From: Paludibacteraceae bacterium
Lineage (GTDB): Bacteria; Bacteroidota; Bacteroidia; Bacteroidales; Paludibacteraceae
Length of the DNA: 64,000 nucleotides
NCBI GenBank assembly: GCA_017646805.1
Contig: JAGCLW010000053.1
Location: forward strand, 22,088 to 86,087
Direction of reading: 5' to 3'
Position numbers and translations under genes: made by a program. Below are positions 40,701 to 50,482 of this stretch, piece by piece. Below the pieces are notes generated by a model. That model did no database searches. It was not told the DNA's origin and worked only from the letters and a program-made list of their open reading frames with translations. Numbering within the stretch: position 1 is the stretch's first letter; each line of letters opens with the position of its first letter.

Positions 40701-43700
40701 CCGTAATTTGATTTTCGTAACATACGCCACCTTTCAAGAACTTCGCTGATTGATAGTAAACTTTCGATCCATCTTCAGATGTCACTCTCAATTTACGATA
40801 ACCAGAAGCACACCAACGAAGTGTGATTGTTCCGATTGGCTCATCGATTGAGATAAGCAAAGAATTATCTTTTTCGGCAGTTTTCTTTCCTACCTTAAGT
40901 GCCGAATTTCCTGCCGGCATACAGTTTCCTTCTGATGCAAAGACGTCATAACTTGAGAAGAAATTCTTTCCTTCTATCGGTTTTTGACCTCCAATAGTAA
41001 ATTGAGAAGGAATATCATTTGCTGATTTATAATCATGAGACAACTCATCTTCGCCCATGATTGTTGTTTCCAATCCTGATTGATATGTATAAGGCAATAC
41101 AAACTTACCTTTCAAGATATTCACATTGATTGCGTATTCTTTTTCTGAATCCGTGTATGTATTCGATCCAATCGTTACGGTTGACGTTTTTGTTCCCGAG
41201 TCCGCTCCGTCCAAAGTCGCCGTAATCGTGATGTCGAGATAATCTTTCGAACCGACAACAAACGTTTCTGGATAAGCTGCCGTTGTCGAACCATTACGTT
41301 TTACAACCACCGAGTATTTTCCTGACGCATCTACCAACGTTGTACCGTCGATAATCAAATCGCCCGTTCCGATATTCGTCACACGAAGCGTAACCGATTT
41401 GGTCAATGCTTCGTCGGTCAAATAAGTTCCCAACGAAATCGATGCATCATCTTTGACGCCTACTCCACTATTCGTAATGTCCACTACTTTGATTTGTGGT
41501 TTTGGCTCTTCTTTGATTGTGAAATTCGATACCGCATTTTCTGCAGGCACTTCATCCTCATTATAGATATTGTTGACAATCACTTGATAAATTGCCCCGT
41601 AAATCATGTCGTAGCCTGTATGTGGCAACGTAACCACAAATTTTCCGTCAACTTCCGCACAAGTAGCTCCAACCAACATTTCATCAACATACGCATTGTT
41701 TGTTGCCACTTGGATAGACGACTTCAACAAATCACAAGTAAGCGGTTGCAAACCTGTTCCATCGTTATAATACGAACCGTCAATAGGCACCGAAACAGTC
41801 ACTTCCTCTGTAGGTTCTACTCCCGTTGTTCCCGTTGCCGGAGTATGTGCTATAATAACTGGTTCAGTTGGAGGAGGTCCATAACAAGATATAAAGTTCG
41901 TAAAATAAATATCTGCGTTAGATGTTGTTGAAGAACCTTTACTTGTTGAAACCAATTTCAACGCATACGTGCCTTCCGGCAACGATACTGTAATCGTTTT
42001 CCACTCTGTATCTGCACTATTCTCATAATCAAAAGTATATGAATAAACTGTAGACAAAGGATCTTTATCCGAACTTGAAGCAAATGCTTGCACTTCAAAT
42101 AATGTTTTTGCAACGGTTCCTGCTTTACTTGATTTCATCTTCACATCAAATGTGATAGAACCCAATGGATTTGCAAAATCTTTTGTAAGGAACCAACCAC
42201 CAGCATTCGGGAATTTCAAATAATCACTACTAGTACCGGTATTTGATTGATTTGATCTATAAGCATTTTTAAATTCATTTCCTGTTATAACAGGATCACA
42301 GACCGAAGTATTATACACCGCAACAATCGCATTCGTTGTCGATGATTCCACCAAAAGCGGATTTCCTTCCACTTTCGCTCCATCAACTTTCCAATATAAG
42401 AATATTGTTGAAGATGTAGCATTAGCTGTCAATTGAATTTCGCCCGATTCCGGTACAGTGATGTTTCCTGCCGGATATTCCGTTCCTTCATACGTTACTG
42501 TTGGTCCATCGATGGCAACTCCTGCTTTATTTTGGAACGCTACGCTTATCGTCTTAACCGAAACCACAGCAAACGCATACACTGCCGACTCAGCTGAACC
42601 ACAATTATTTTTAGCCACCACTTTGTAGTATGTCTTACCTGCAGCCGCTGTACTTGGCGAGTATGTCGCTCCCGTACCTACCGACACGGCTCCCGTTCCG
42701 TCTTCGTTGCATGTAAACCATTCGTACGACAACGCATTCGTTGCCGACGCAGTCAACGTTGCACTTTCGCCAACAAGCACACTCATACCTCCCGAAACTG
42801 CCACATTCGTTGGAGCCGCAATTTGTTCATAAGTGACCGTAGTCGATGCCACTCTGTTGATTGCTCCTGCTGTCGCATTGACAGTCGAAACCGTCACGGT
42901 ATATACACCTTCTGCAGTTGGAGTAAATGTAGCAGAAGTGCTGACTTCCGTACCACCTGCATTTTTCCATGAATAAGCAAGTTCAAAATTTGGAGAATAA
43001 TTAGCTGCGTTTGTTGGAGTTACGTCCCATGCCAAAGGCGAGGCAGCTTGACAAAGCAATTGATCTTTCAACGTAGTAGGAAGTTCTATTTCCGGTGCAA
43101 TCAAAGAACAATCACGCTGTACTCTAATCGATTTGATTCGGTGGTTTTGATGACCGTTTTGTCCGGCATTACTACTTCCTGGACGATAAATATTCAACGT
43201 GTTGAATCCTCCCGAAGTCAATTCAAATTCCACTGTCGTTGGATCTGTAGATGATGGCAACGCTTCCGTTGTCTTATAAACCAAATTGCTTCCGTTATCG
43301 CTAAATACGTACAATGGATTTCCGTTGGTAGGATCCAAATCTCCAACTACCAAATCTACCGTCACTTTATCACCTTTAACGAAATTGCCGCTTCCCAACG
43401 TTACTTTAAAGTAACTTGGTTTTCCTCCCAATTTATAATGTTCAGGAGTATCATTTTGAACTTGAAGACTATTTGCCGTTGCCGAAGATCCTTCTATAAT
43501 ACTTTCTACCGATGCTGTTGATGTTCCGGTCACCGTACCTGTGATCAAATCACAATAGTTGCCTTGTATCTTAACCACCACGCTAACATCTTGATAGCAA
43601 GATCCGTCGCTCTTCATGATACGACAAATATACGTGCCGGCATCTTCTGCCACGCAATCGCCTTTTGTAAATGTAGCGGCAGTTGACAACGATTCGCCGG

Positions 43701-46698
43701 CTACGCTACCTTTATACCACGCATACGTTGCGTCCGCTTCGTCTGATGTTGCTGTAAGCGAAATTTCTTGTCCCAACGTATAAAGCGTTACTCCCGTAAT
43801 CGTTGCCGATGGAATACATGCCGCATTGATGACGTCGAACGTAAATGTCAACACTTTTGGCGATGACGAATCGTTACTATTAAGTGTAACCGTCGCTGTA
43901 TGTGTGCCGGCAGGCAATCCTGCAGGGAATGTAAGTGTAAATGTTCCCGTTTCGTTTGGTGCTATCGTCGGACATGTTCCGTTGCAACCACCCGTAGCGG
44001 AGTTAACAATAATAGAACTAATATCAAGATTAAGATTTTCTCCTGTATTTCTTATTGTCACGGTTATTTCCTTAGCGTCCGGTGTTGTGTCGCCAATATT
44101 TTCCAATTGTACCGATGGCACTTCATAGACATCTTCCGAAACTTTGGTTGCTCCCGCAACAGCATCTACCGTCAAAACAGCATAAGGAGCTGCTGACACA
44201 GTAATCGTTTGCGAAACGGTCGCTCCACAAATCGTACCGTATGCGGCTTGCGTTGCCGTAATGGTATACGTACCAACCGCAGTGGCAGTGAATCTCTTTC
44301 CTTCTGCCGTATCGGTCAATTTTCCTGTGGCAGGAGACACCGTAAATTCTATTGCCGATCCATTACCACCCGAAACGCTTATATCTGTAAATTCCGCCAT
44401 CGTGATGCTTGCATCACTAATATTCATTGTCAAATCATTGGCATCACACGAAACAGTAATTTCCAATTCTTTTGTAGCAGAACATTTCGTACCGTATGCG
44501 GCTTGTGTAGCCGTAATGGTATATGTGCCGTTTTTGCTTGGTGCGGTAAATGTTGAACCATTCAACGTACCGCCCGAAGTAGTATATGTAATCGCTCCAC
44601 CATTACCTCCGGTAATAAATGTCGAAACATCTAACGTTTCTCCATATTTCAACGTTGTTGATGATGTGCTAAATGCCAATCTGTTGTCATCGCATGTAAC
44701 AGTGATTTCTTTTGTGATACTTTCTTCGCAATAATCACCATTAGTAGCAACGGTAGCTGTAATAGTAGCAGTACCTGCACCAACAAAAGTAATTACACCT
44801 GTTGTTTCATCATTCACACTTGCAACCGAAGGATCGCTTGACGAATATCTTATCGCACCTCCTGATTGTGAAGTTGCTGCACAAGTCATTGTGCCATTTA
44901 CTATTCCTCCAGCTGGAATTGTTAGCCATTCTAATTCAGGGTCTGTACAAGAAGAACAAATAGTAATTGTCTTCACATATGTAGATGATCCTGAGGCTCT
45001 CCATAAGTAAATTGTCTTTGCTCCAATTAGAGGACTTCCTTCTGGAATTGTATAGGTTTTTGAAGATGTAGCAGGAGTTGTTGCCTTACTTGCTGTTGTT
45101 GTAAAAGCAATTTCTTTATCCGAAGTTCCTGTATGAGAAATTACATCTCCTTTCTTTAATGGAGTATTTAAATCTAATCTTAAATATGTATTAGAAGAAC
45201 CAAAATAAAACTGAACTTCTGAACTTTGTTCTTTTATTGCAACTTCACTACTACTACTATTTATTGATCCTGCAAAAATTTGTCCCCCCGTTACCGTTAC
45301 ATAAGACGACAAATCTTGTTCTGAAGAAGCTTGAGATAAACTCCATTTCCCAGTTTTCGTAAAATCCACTGTAAAATGACATCCTCCGCTACCGCCACCA
45401 GTACTAACTGCAGTAAATGTAGCAGAAATGGTAACATTTGAAGAAGGCATCGTAAACTTATTATCAGTTACCTCAACGGTATTTCCACTTGCATCCTTCA
45501 CTACCCATGCAGATAATTCATAACCAGCTTCTGGAGTTGCCGTAAGAGTAACTGTCGCCCCTTGTTCTGCAGATGTTGGAGTAGCTGAAATTGTTCCATT
45601 TGTTGCAGGAGAAAGCGATATGGTAAATATTTCTGGTTCTGGATCTGGATCAGCAGTAGCAGTAACTGTAATTGTTGCTTCTGCTGTACCGCAATCAGTT
45701 GTATATGAAATCTGAACACTACCTTCAGCTACTCCACTCACAACACCGTCATCAACGGTTGCAATAGATGTATCATCGGAAGACCAGTCTCCACCTGCAG
45801 GAGAACCTGTTAAAGTTATTGTATTTCCAACAGTCACAGTTGAAGCACCTGATATTGTAGGAAGAGCTGTCCAATCGCCAGCAACAACTGTCACAGACTT
45901 AGCAGCCGACCAGCAGTCACCAGCTGTATTGTATGAACGTACATAGTATGTTACGGCAGCAGAAACATCATAAGTCGTACCGGGATTTTCTGTGTCTGTT
46001 CCTGTTTCAGATGTCTGCCAATACCATGTATCACCAGAAGCAGGAGAACCTTCAGCAGTAAGAGTCAAATGACTACCAGCACATGCTGTACCTATAGAAA
46101 TATTACCAGGATCGCCGGCTGTACAAGAAGAGGCAGGAACAACTGTAAATACTAACACACCTTTAAATTTTTTTGTTCCAACAATACTAAAAGATCCTGT
46201 ATTATCTGTTGTTATTGTATGAGAAAAGAATGTATTTTTCGTTCCACTAAAAGTATATGATCCAGAACCAACAGTTAATGTTCCTGAGGCTGACTCACAA
46301 ATACCATAAAAAGTTGCACTTATTAACTTGGTATTTGCAGGAAGTGTAACCGTACGTGCCGTAGTACCATATTCCACAGCTCGTAGAGTATATTTTGAAG
46401 AAGAAGTCTTCCAATATCCACTTGTTGTCAAACTTGTAGTACTCAAATCTGAGCCTTCATAATAATAACCTGTAGTTCCAGGATTAGAAGAAAAACTCAA
46501 ATCAGAAGATGTCGTTAAGCCATCATCTACAATTTTACCCCATCTTAACCCAAAACCAGTAGTATTACCAGCATATGCACCAAAATCAGTTTTCATATAT
46601 CCAAAGATATAATCTGTTGCAAATGCTTTATTGCTTAATATAACACATGAAAAGATTAGTATTAATACTCGGCAATATTTGGTAAATAATTTTTTCAT
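37762..46698 (-). CDS. Giant (~2,978 aa) mosaic cell-surface protein, T9SS type-A cargo
   Basis: I placed the start at MKKLFTKYCRVLILIFSCVILSNKAFA. Modules seen: Big_2-like, Listeria-Bacteroides (InlB-B-type) repeat, many Ig-like and ASH-like modules. The C-terminus VSIYDLTGRLIAKV...RTYIVKVKTNSGTKSKQVAIQ is a Por_Secre_tail. Confidence 0.85.
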   Translation of the reverse strand: MKKLFTKYCRVLILIFSCVILSNKAFATDYIFGYMKTDFGAYAGNTTGFGLRWGKIVDDGLTTSSDLSFSSNPGTTGYYYEGSDLSTTSLTTSGYWKTSSSKYTLRAVEYGTTARTVTLPANTKLISATFYGICESASGTLTVGSGSYTFSGTKNTFFSHTITTDNTGSFSIVGTKKFKGVLVFTVVPASSCTAGDPGNISIGTACAGSHLTLTAEGSPASGDTWYWQTSETGTDTENPGTTYDVSAAVTYYVRSYNTAGDCWSAAKSVTVVAGDWTALPTISGASTVTVGNTITLTGSPAGGDWSSDDTSIATVDDGVVSGVAEGSVQISYTTDCGTAEATITVTATADPDPEPEIFTISLSPATNGTISATPTSAEQGATVTLTATPEAGYELSAWVVKDASGNTVEVTDNKFTMPSSNVTISATFTAVSTGGGSGGCHFTVDFTKTGKWSLSQASSEQDLSSYVTVTGGQIFAGSINSSSSEVAIKEQSSEVQFYFGSSNTYLRLDLNTPLKKGDVISHTGTSDKEIAFTTTASKATTPATSSKTYTIPEGSPLIGAKTIYLWRASGSSTYVKTITICSSCTDPELEWLTIPAGGIVNGTMTCAATSQSGGAIRYSSSDPSVASVNDETTGVITFVGAGTATITATVATNGDYCEESITKEITVTCDDNRLAFSTSSTTLKYGETLDVSTFITGGNGGAITYTTSGGTLNGSTFTAPSKNGTYTITATQAAYGTKCSATKELEITVSCDANDLTMNISDASITMAEFTDISVSGGNGSAIEFTVSPATGKLTDTAEGKRFTATAVGTYTITATQAAYGTICGATVSQTITVSAAPYAVLTVDAVAGATKVSEDVYEVPSVQLENIGDTTPDAKEITVTIRNTGENLNLDISSIIVNSATGGCNGTCPTIAPNETGTFTLTFPAGLPAGTHTATVTLNSNDSSSPKVLTFTFDVINAACIPSATITGVTLYTLGQEISLTATSDEADATYAWYKGSVAGESLSTAATFTKGDCVAEDAGTYICRIMKSDGSCYQDVSVVVKIQGNYCDLITGTVTGTSTASVESIIEGSSATANSLQVQNDTPEHYKLGGKPSYFKVTLGSGNFVKGDKVTVDLVVGDLDPTNGNPLYVFSDNGSNLVYKTTEALPSSTDPTTVEFELTSGGFNTLNIYRPGSSNAGQNGHQNHRIKSIRVQRDCSLIAPEIELPTTLKDQLLCQAASPLAWDVTPTNAANYSPNFELAYSWKNAGGTEVSTSATFTPTAEGVYTVTVSTVNATAGAINRVASTTVTYEQIAAPTNVAVSGGMSVLVGESATLTASATNALSYEWFTCNEDGTGAVSVGTGATYSPSTAAAGKTYYKVVAKNNCGSAESAVYAFAVVSVKTISVAFQNKAGVAIDGPTVTYEGTEYPAGNITVPESGEIQLTANATSSTIFLYWKVDGAKVEGNPLLVESSTTNAIVAVYNTSVCDPVITGNEFKNAYRSNQSNTGTSSDYLKFPNAGGWFLTKDFANPLGSITFDVKMKSSKAGTVAKTLFEVQAFASSSDKDPLSTVYSYTFDYENSADTEWKTITVSLPEGTYALKLVSTSKGSSTTSNADIYFTNFISCYGPPPTEPVIIAHTPATGTTGVEPTEEVTVSVPIDGSYYNDGTGLQPLTCDLLKSSIQVATNNAYVDEMLVGATCAEVDGKFVVTLPHTGYDMIYGAIYQVIVNNIYNEDEVPAENAVSNFTIKEEPKPQIKVVDITNSGVGVKDDASISLGTYLTDEALTKSVTLRVTNIGTGDLIIDGTTLVDASGKYSVVVKRNGSTTAAYPETFVVGSKDYLDITITATLDGADSGTKTSTVTIGSNTYTDSEKEYAINVNILKGKFVLPYTYQSGLETTIMGEDELSHDYKSANDIPSQFTIGGQKPIEGKNFFSSYDVFASEGNCMPAGNSALKVGKKTAEKDNSLLISIDEPIGTITLRWCASGYRKLRVTSEDGSKVYYQSAKFLKGGVCYENQITVNNCKENIDATTRVRVEFIASVETMLTTLYYMNITKCNIEQKSSACDIVDFAAENTNSVRIYEDLIFLNANSEYCAEGGETTLTELISTVIEVSPNATVSPAVGQPLTITNGYVEYTVTAEDGQTQKTYQVYVNCEIDDPDGCYEQSIEYSVPMNKEDQILEIIEISTGDCTMPMSGDDASYTIHFLTKEDLPEEGYDIEGLRQVCVGTVNRYKLANAAPSNGATYQWMIKADETQGFEIIPDEGLEVREEYKTVEVDKVSEDGTYLVYEGKELPLKAPDVIGSGAMISLGVKIDLEYENLCAFLNGSANFDVMATTSGPTSIKEITYNCVDENGYLEIEAVLPTVADPDQNGQVIEANSYGWTFIPEIPETQISMVGDKRNVVQINLGIGNTPNINAIVVGRNGCGNSAPSPEFEVNYGARKTTWTGAVDTDWNNRDNWTNQVPRACTDAYITGVGKGATNYPIITEDNAECDEIYFLEAAGVKGLDGLTYYRAYANMILEKETWYTLTAPFKNTYSGDYYFNGAPVSYMRLFDEVEPVTGAAADGTWTKTFVDNAVVLAPGQGFAYKESQVSYNYPYSPRKMTNTDANDFWLPRMTQDSVLVDRAIPYSTLTGAPIASRTQMLARNGEEPYRFALEDGSNKLQNGSYAVKSGYNLIGNPAMAHLDLGAFYTTNSGVIANEFHFWNGSTNGSVAILEGGDVMGTTPQTSGIVPPMQSFFVKATSNNNVTYNLDLHYVANDGNNNLRSTEVNENGVLYVSAVSEGVESNMAIRKSDKASNSFVEGEDIRKLFTQYSDTEASLIAGTEYVDIAQFGELPYEAPIYIESTKEEGEMTFAFVGAESFENMDVTFVNKQTGEEVNLKEESAYRFLFNASNKEGVLVVRFSQSENISTRDEQSMVDDEQEINISVVNNNTIRVTSSATDLIQEVSIYDLTGRLIAKVSDINKSVYDRLMNVGHRTYIVKVKTNSGTKSKQVAIQ
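44233..44529 (-). repeat. Tandem 255-nt (85-codon) module duplication inside the giant gene
   Basis: The 42-nt blocks at 44233-44274 and 44488-44529 are near-identical. Both encode GTYTITATQAAYGT(K/I)C and lie exactly 255 nt apart. Confidence 0.7.
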
Positions 46699-46793
46699 AC
46701 TCGTATTTTTCTTTATTGCGAGGTTATTCGTCAAAGTCATAACCTCTAAATTTTTAGCATTCATTGTTTTCAATATATTTAAAGGTTAGAAAA

Positions 46794-48722
46794 TTATTGA
46801 CATTTAGCCGGCACCAAAGTCCGAATAGATCCGTCACTCATACGTACGGTGACTTGCCAAGGTTCGTTATCTCGATCAACGGTCGATGTTTTTGTGATGA
46901 CAAATACACCTTTTTCGGTACCCGTACCACCATCTTCGGCACAGATGTCATCGCCGGTGATGGTAAATTCGGGAGCGGTAGCTACTTTTTGAGCCACCCA
47001 TTCGTTGGAGTTGATCGTAACGCACTTACCACCGATACCAGCAGGCGTGCTTGCCACCACGATTCGGAAGTCTGAGTATTTCAGATATTCGGCAATCGGG
47101 ATATTCAATTCGAGATTGTCGGTGATAGATTGTATTTGCAAAGGAAATTTATTTCCTAACGCATACCATTGTTTGTCATCTTTTGATTTTCCTTGAAATT
47201 GGAAACCGTAGTCGGAGATGTATTCTTCGATGGTAGCCAAACCGTCGGAACTACCCGGCGTAAAGCTTGAAATAAGCGTCACCAAACCGTCTTCACATTC
47301 TACTTGTCCTCCCATGCTCACATTGAGGTCGAACGGAGCGTAAGGAGTGAACGAGATGTCGTCGATACAGAAGTCGTTACCCGTAGAGCTTGCAAACGAA
47401 GAGCGAAGCACGAGGTATCCGTAGTCTTGTCCGACAAGAGTGAAGTGTTCTTTCAATTGTGTCCAACGTCCTTGCACGTCGATGACTTGAGCATCTTTTT
47501 TGTATGTGTATTGAGTGTTGAAGATAGACGATTGATCTACGATAGGAGTTGCTCCGGCGAAAATATCTTCGGCGAAAACGAGTTCGCCACCTCCGAGAGC
47601 GTCAGTCAAATTGTATAATGTACCGTCTTTTTCAAGGGCGTAGTATGTATCGTATTTTTTCAGTGTGTACATCGTACCCATGACATCAACTTCAACGGCA
47701 ACAGCATCGACTTCAACATCTTGGAAGTAAGAAGAAGAAAGCAATATCGAACCGCCTTCGGCAAATGCGTTGCTATTGTTTGTTGTAGAATGCCAAAATC
47801 CGTCTGCGTCTTCGTAGGCGTATTCAGTTCCTCCGGCATTGACGTAAACGGCATATTTGTTTGTGGAAGTTGTGGCATTGACGTCGATTTGTCCGGGTTT
47901 GGTTGTTTCGGATTCGCCTTTAGCTGTCACTTCCGCAGTTTTGTAAAGCAATTTTACTTCTTTGTCGGCAGTGCCGTTGTTGTCGGTATCGAGGCTATAA
48001 ACGGTTCCTGAAATCATTGTTGCAGGGTCGTTGTTGGTATTTCCGACCAAAACGGCTTGTCCCGGATCGTCAGCCCACAATTCGAATTGCACTCTTGAAA
48101 GAGCCGGAGCTTCACCATCTTTTGCGCCACCGTTTGCTTTGCTGTGAGCGTTGGCAATCCAAACAGAGAATTCAAATTGAGCGTTTTTGCACAACTCTGT
48201 CACCAGACGAGCAAACACAACACCTTGTTTGTCCGAACCGTTGACCAAAAGGAAACGACCGTTTTCGTTTCCGGTGTGGTCTTTCAAGTTTTCAACCATG
48301 TAGATATTATCTCCGGCGTTATTCGTAATTTTATTGCTTGAAACTTTCTTAAGACCTGTAGCGTTTCTCACGTCGTTGGTGTTAGAGACGATACAGTAGT
48401 CGTTGGCGAAGAAAGTACTGAGTACTTTTTCACCGTCTAATGTCCAGCGGAGGTAGTCGTCGTATCCGTTATCTTTTGTAATGGTGTAAGGGAAATACAA
48501 ACTACCGATTTTGACAAGCGAACTTAATCCGGCTTCTTCAAAAGTTGGATAAACCACACCGGGAGCTCCTGTACCAAAGTCGGCCGTAAATACGGGATCT
48601 CCGTAGATTACGTCTCCGGCTTGAGCCATCACTTTTGATGAAGAGAAGATCAAGCATAATAGCGAAGCGATAAAAATTGCTCCACAACGATTCAGCAAAG
48701 ATGTTATTCTCATATTTTTCAT
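46794..48722 (-). CDS. Secreted 642-aa jelly-roll (MAM/CBM-like, with large insertion) plus Ig-like protein, no T9SS CTD
   Basis: Has a signal peptide ending VMAQA. Motifs seen: DHTGNENGRFLLVNGSDKQGVVFARL...FEFSVWIANA and GYLVLRSSFASSTGNDFCIDDISF. It ends ...TLVPAKCQ with no sorting domain. Confidence 0.65.
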   Translation of the reverse strand: MKNMRITSLLNRCGAIFIASLLCLIFSSSKVMAQAGDVIYGDPVFTADFGTGAPGVVYPTFEEAGLSSLVKIGSLYFPYTITKDNGYDDYLRWTLDGEKVLSTFFANDYCIVSNTNDVRNATGLKKVSSNKITNNAGDNIYMVENLKDHTGNENGRFLLVNGSDKQGVVFARLVTELCKNAQFEFSVWIANAHSKANGGAKDGEAPALSRVQFELWADDPGQAVLVGNTNNDPATMISGTVYSLDTDNNGTADKEVKLLYKTAEVTAKGESETTKPGQIDVNATTSTNKYAVYVNAGGTEYAYEDADGFWHSTTNNSNAFAEGGSILLSSSYFQDVEVDAVAVEVDVMGTMYTLKKYDTYYALEKDGTLYNLTDALGGGELVFAEDIFAGATPIVDQSSIFNTQYTYKKDAQVIDVQGRWTQLKEHFTLVGQDYGYLVLRSSFASSTGNDFCIDDISFTPYAPFDLNVSMGGQVECEDGLVTLISSFTPGSSDGLATIEEYISDYGFQFQGKSKDDKQWYALGNKFPLQIQSITDNLELNIPIAEYLKYSDFRIVVASTPAGIGGKCVTINSNEWVAQKVATAPEFTITGDDICAEDGGTGTEKGVFVITKTSTVDRDNEPWQVTVRMSDGSIRTLVPAKCQ

Positions 48723-48812
48723 ATTTTATTCAACCTATTGATTTTCAGCATAATAAATGCAGAAAACGATAAAAAAACGTATAAATGCCCAATACAGACA
48801 CTACGAACACCG

Positions 48813-48820
48813 CAAAATTA
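48813..48820 (-). promoter_or_regulatory. -7 promoter box TAATTTTG (642-aa / giant gene operon)
   Basis: The plus strand reads caaaatta, 91 nt upstream of start 48722. Confidence 0.45.
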
Positions 48821-48919
48821 GGCATTATATTTTAGAGAAACAAATAAAACAATTGCTTTTTTTAATGTTCTTTAACATATAGGACAAAGACCCTTTTTTC
48901 AATGAAAAAAAAAAGAAAA

Positions 48920-48942
48920 AGAGACCGATTTTGTCGGTCTCT
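48920..48942 (-). terminator. Rho-independent terminator after rplQ
   Basis: Stem agagaccg/cggtctct with a 7-nt loop, followed by a long T-run on the minus strand. Confidence 0.8.
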
Positions 48943-48975
48943 TTTTCTTTTAGAATAATCCGTCTGAAAAAGGAA

Positions 48976-49467
48976 TTATTCAGCTGCTTTTTCTTCTGCT
49001 TCAACAGCAGGAGCTGCTACTTCTTCGGCAGCTGCAGGAGCTGCGGCTTTTTTAGAAGAACGACGAGTCGTTTTCTTTTTAGGAGCTTGTTTTGCAGCCA
49101 ACATATTTTCGTTGTAGTCAACCAATTCGATGATACACATTTGAGCGGCATCACCAAGGCGATAACCGGTCTTAAGGATACGAGTGTAACCACCAGGACG
49201 ATTTGCTACTTTTTCTGCTACCGAACCGTAAAGTTCTTTGACAGCTTCTTTGTCTTTAAGATAAGAGAAAACAACACGACGAGAGTGTGTTGAATCGTCT
49301 TTTGAACGAGTGATGATAGGCTCAACGAATACTTTAAGAGCCTTAGCCTTAGCTACAGTAGTAGAGATTCTCTTATGAAGGATAAGAGAACATGCCATGT
49401 TTGAAAGCATTGCATGACGATGAGATGCAGTTCTGCTAAGGTGATTAAATTTTTTATTATGTCTCAT
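48976..49467 (-). CDS. rplQ: 50S ribosomal protein L17 (with Ala/Lys/Glu-rich C-terminal extension)
   Basis: Begins [24 protein letters not shown]. It is the last gene of the alpha operon. Confidence 0.95.
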   Translation of the reverse strand: MRHNKKFNHLSRTASHRHAMLSNMACSLILHKRISTTVAKAKALKVFVEPIITRSKDDSTHSRRVVFSYLKDKEAVKELYGSVAEKVANRPGGYTRILKTGYRLGDAAQMCIIELVDYNENMLAAKQAPKKKTTRRSSKKAAAPAAAEEVAAPAVEAEEKAAE

Positions 49468-49473
49468 TTTCTA

Positions 49474-50472
49474 TTAATCTTTATCTAATTTGTATTTTAG
49501 AACGTCCATTCCGAACGAAAGTCCAAGGCTTGCAAGTTTTGCGTCTAATTCTGTAAGCGACTTTTTACCGAAGTTGCGGAACTTCAACAAGTCGGCACGT
49601 GAGAATTGGCAAAGTTCGCCAAGCGTATCTACGTCGGCTGATTTCAAGCAATTAAGAGCACGTACGGTAAGATCAAGATCAGTCAAACGTGTCTTAAGGA
49701 GTTGACGCATGTGTAGCACTTCTTCATCAAATTCTTCAGCTGTTTCTGTTTCAGTGTCTTCAAGAGTGATCTTTTCGTCAGAGAAAAGCATGAAGTGATG
49801 AATCAAGATTTTTGCAGCTTCTTTCAACGCATCTTTTGGATGAATCGAACCGTCGGTTGCAACTTCGATTACGAGTTTTTCGTAGTCGGTTTTTTGTTCT
49901 ACACGGAAATTTTCAACGACATATTTTACGTTTCGGATAGGCGTAAAGATCGAATCAATAGCTATTTCATCAATAGCCATATTAGGATGTTTGTTCTCAT
50001 CGGCAGGGACATATCCACGACCTTTGATAATCTTGATTTCGATACGGAACGAAGCCGAAGGTTCAAGATGACAAAGAACAAGTTCAGGATTAAGCACTTT
50101 GAATCCTGAAAGAGCTTCGTTCATTTCTCCGGCAGTAACGACAGAACCGTTAGCACCATTGAAATTCATCACGATTGTTTCTGTTTCGACATCAGAAACC
50201 AATTGTTTGAAGCGAACTTGTTTCAAATTGAGGATAATGTTTGTCACGTCTTCAACGACACCCGGAATGGTATCAAATTCGTGACGTACGCCATCAATCT
50301 TAATAGAAGAGATAGCGAACCCTTCGAGAGAAGAAAGTAATATACGACGCAGAGCATTTCCAACGGTAAGACCGTATCCTGGCTCTAAAGGACGGAATTC
50401 AAATTTACCAAAATTTGAATCTGCCTCAAGCATAATTACTTTATCGGGTTTTTGAAATGCTAATATAGCCAT
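49474..50472 (-). CDS. rpoA: DNA-directed RNA polymerase subunit alpha
   Basis: Contains [17 protein letters not shown] and a C-terminal domain with [12 protein letters not shown]. Confidence 0.95.
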   Translation of the reverse strand: MAILAFQKPDKVIMLEADSNFGKFEFRPLEPGYGLTVGNALRRILLSSLEGFAISSIKIDGVRHEFDTIPGVVEDVTNIILNLKQVRFKQLVSDVETETIVMNFNGANGSVVTAGEMNEALSGFKVLNPELVLCHLEPSASFRIEIKIIKGRGYVPADENKHPNMAIDEIAIDSIFTPIRNVKYVVENFRVEQKTDYEKLVIEVATDGSIHPKDALKEAAKILIHHFMLFSDEKITLEDTETETAEEFDEEVLHMRQLLKTRLTDLDLTVRALNCLKSADVDTLGELCQFSRADLLKFRNFGKKSLTELDAKLASLGLSFGMDVLKYKLDKD

Positions 50473-50482
50473 ATACTAATTA

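Noticed and set aside
46699-46773. A 25-codon N-terminal extension of the giant ORF. There is also a 20-codon extension of the 9404 ORF at 12827-12886.
   Set aside because: The extensions lack signal-peptide character. The next in-frame Met starts a classic signal peptide in both cases. The 12886 start would also overlap the upstream gene.
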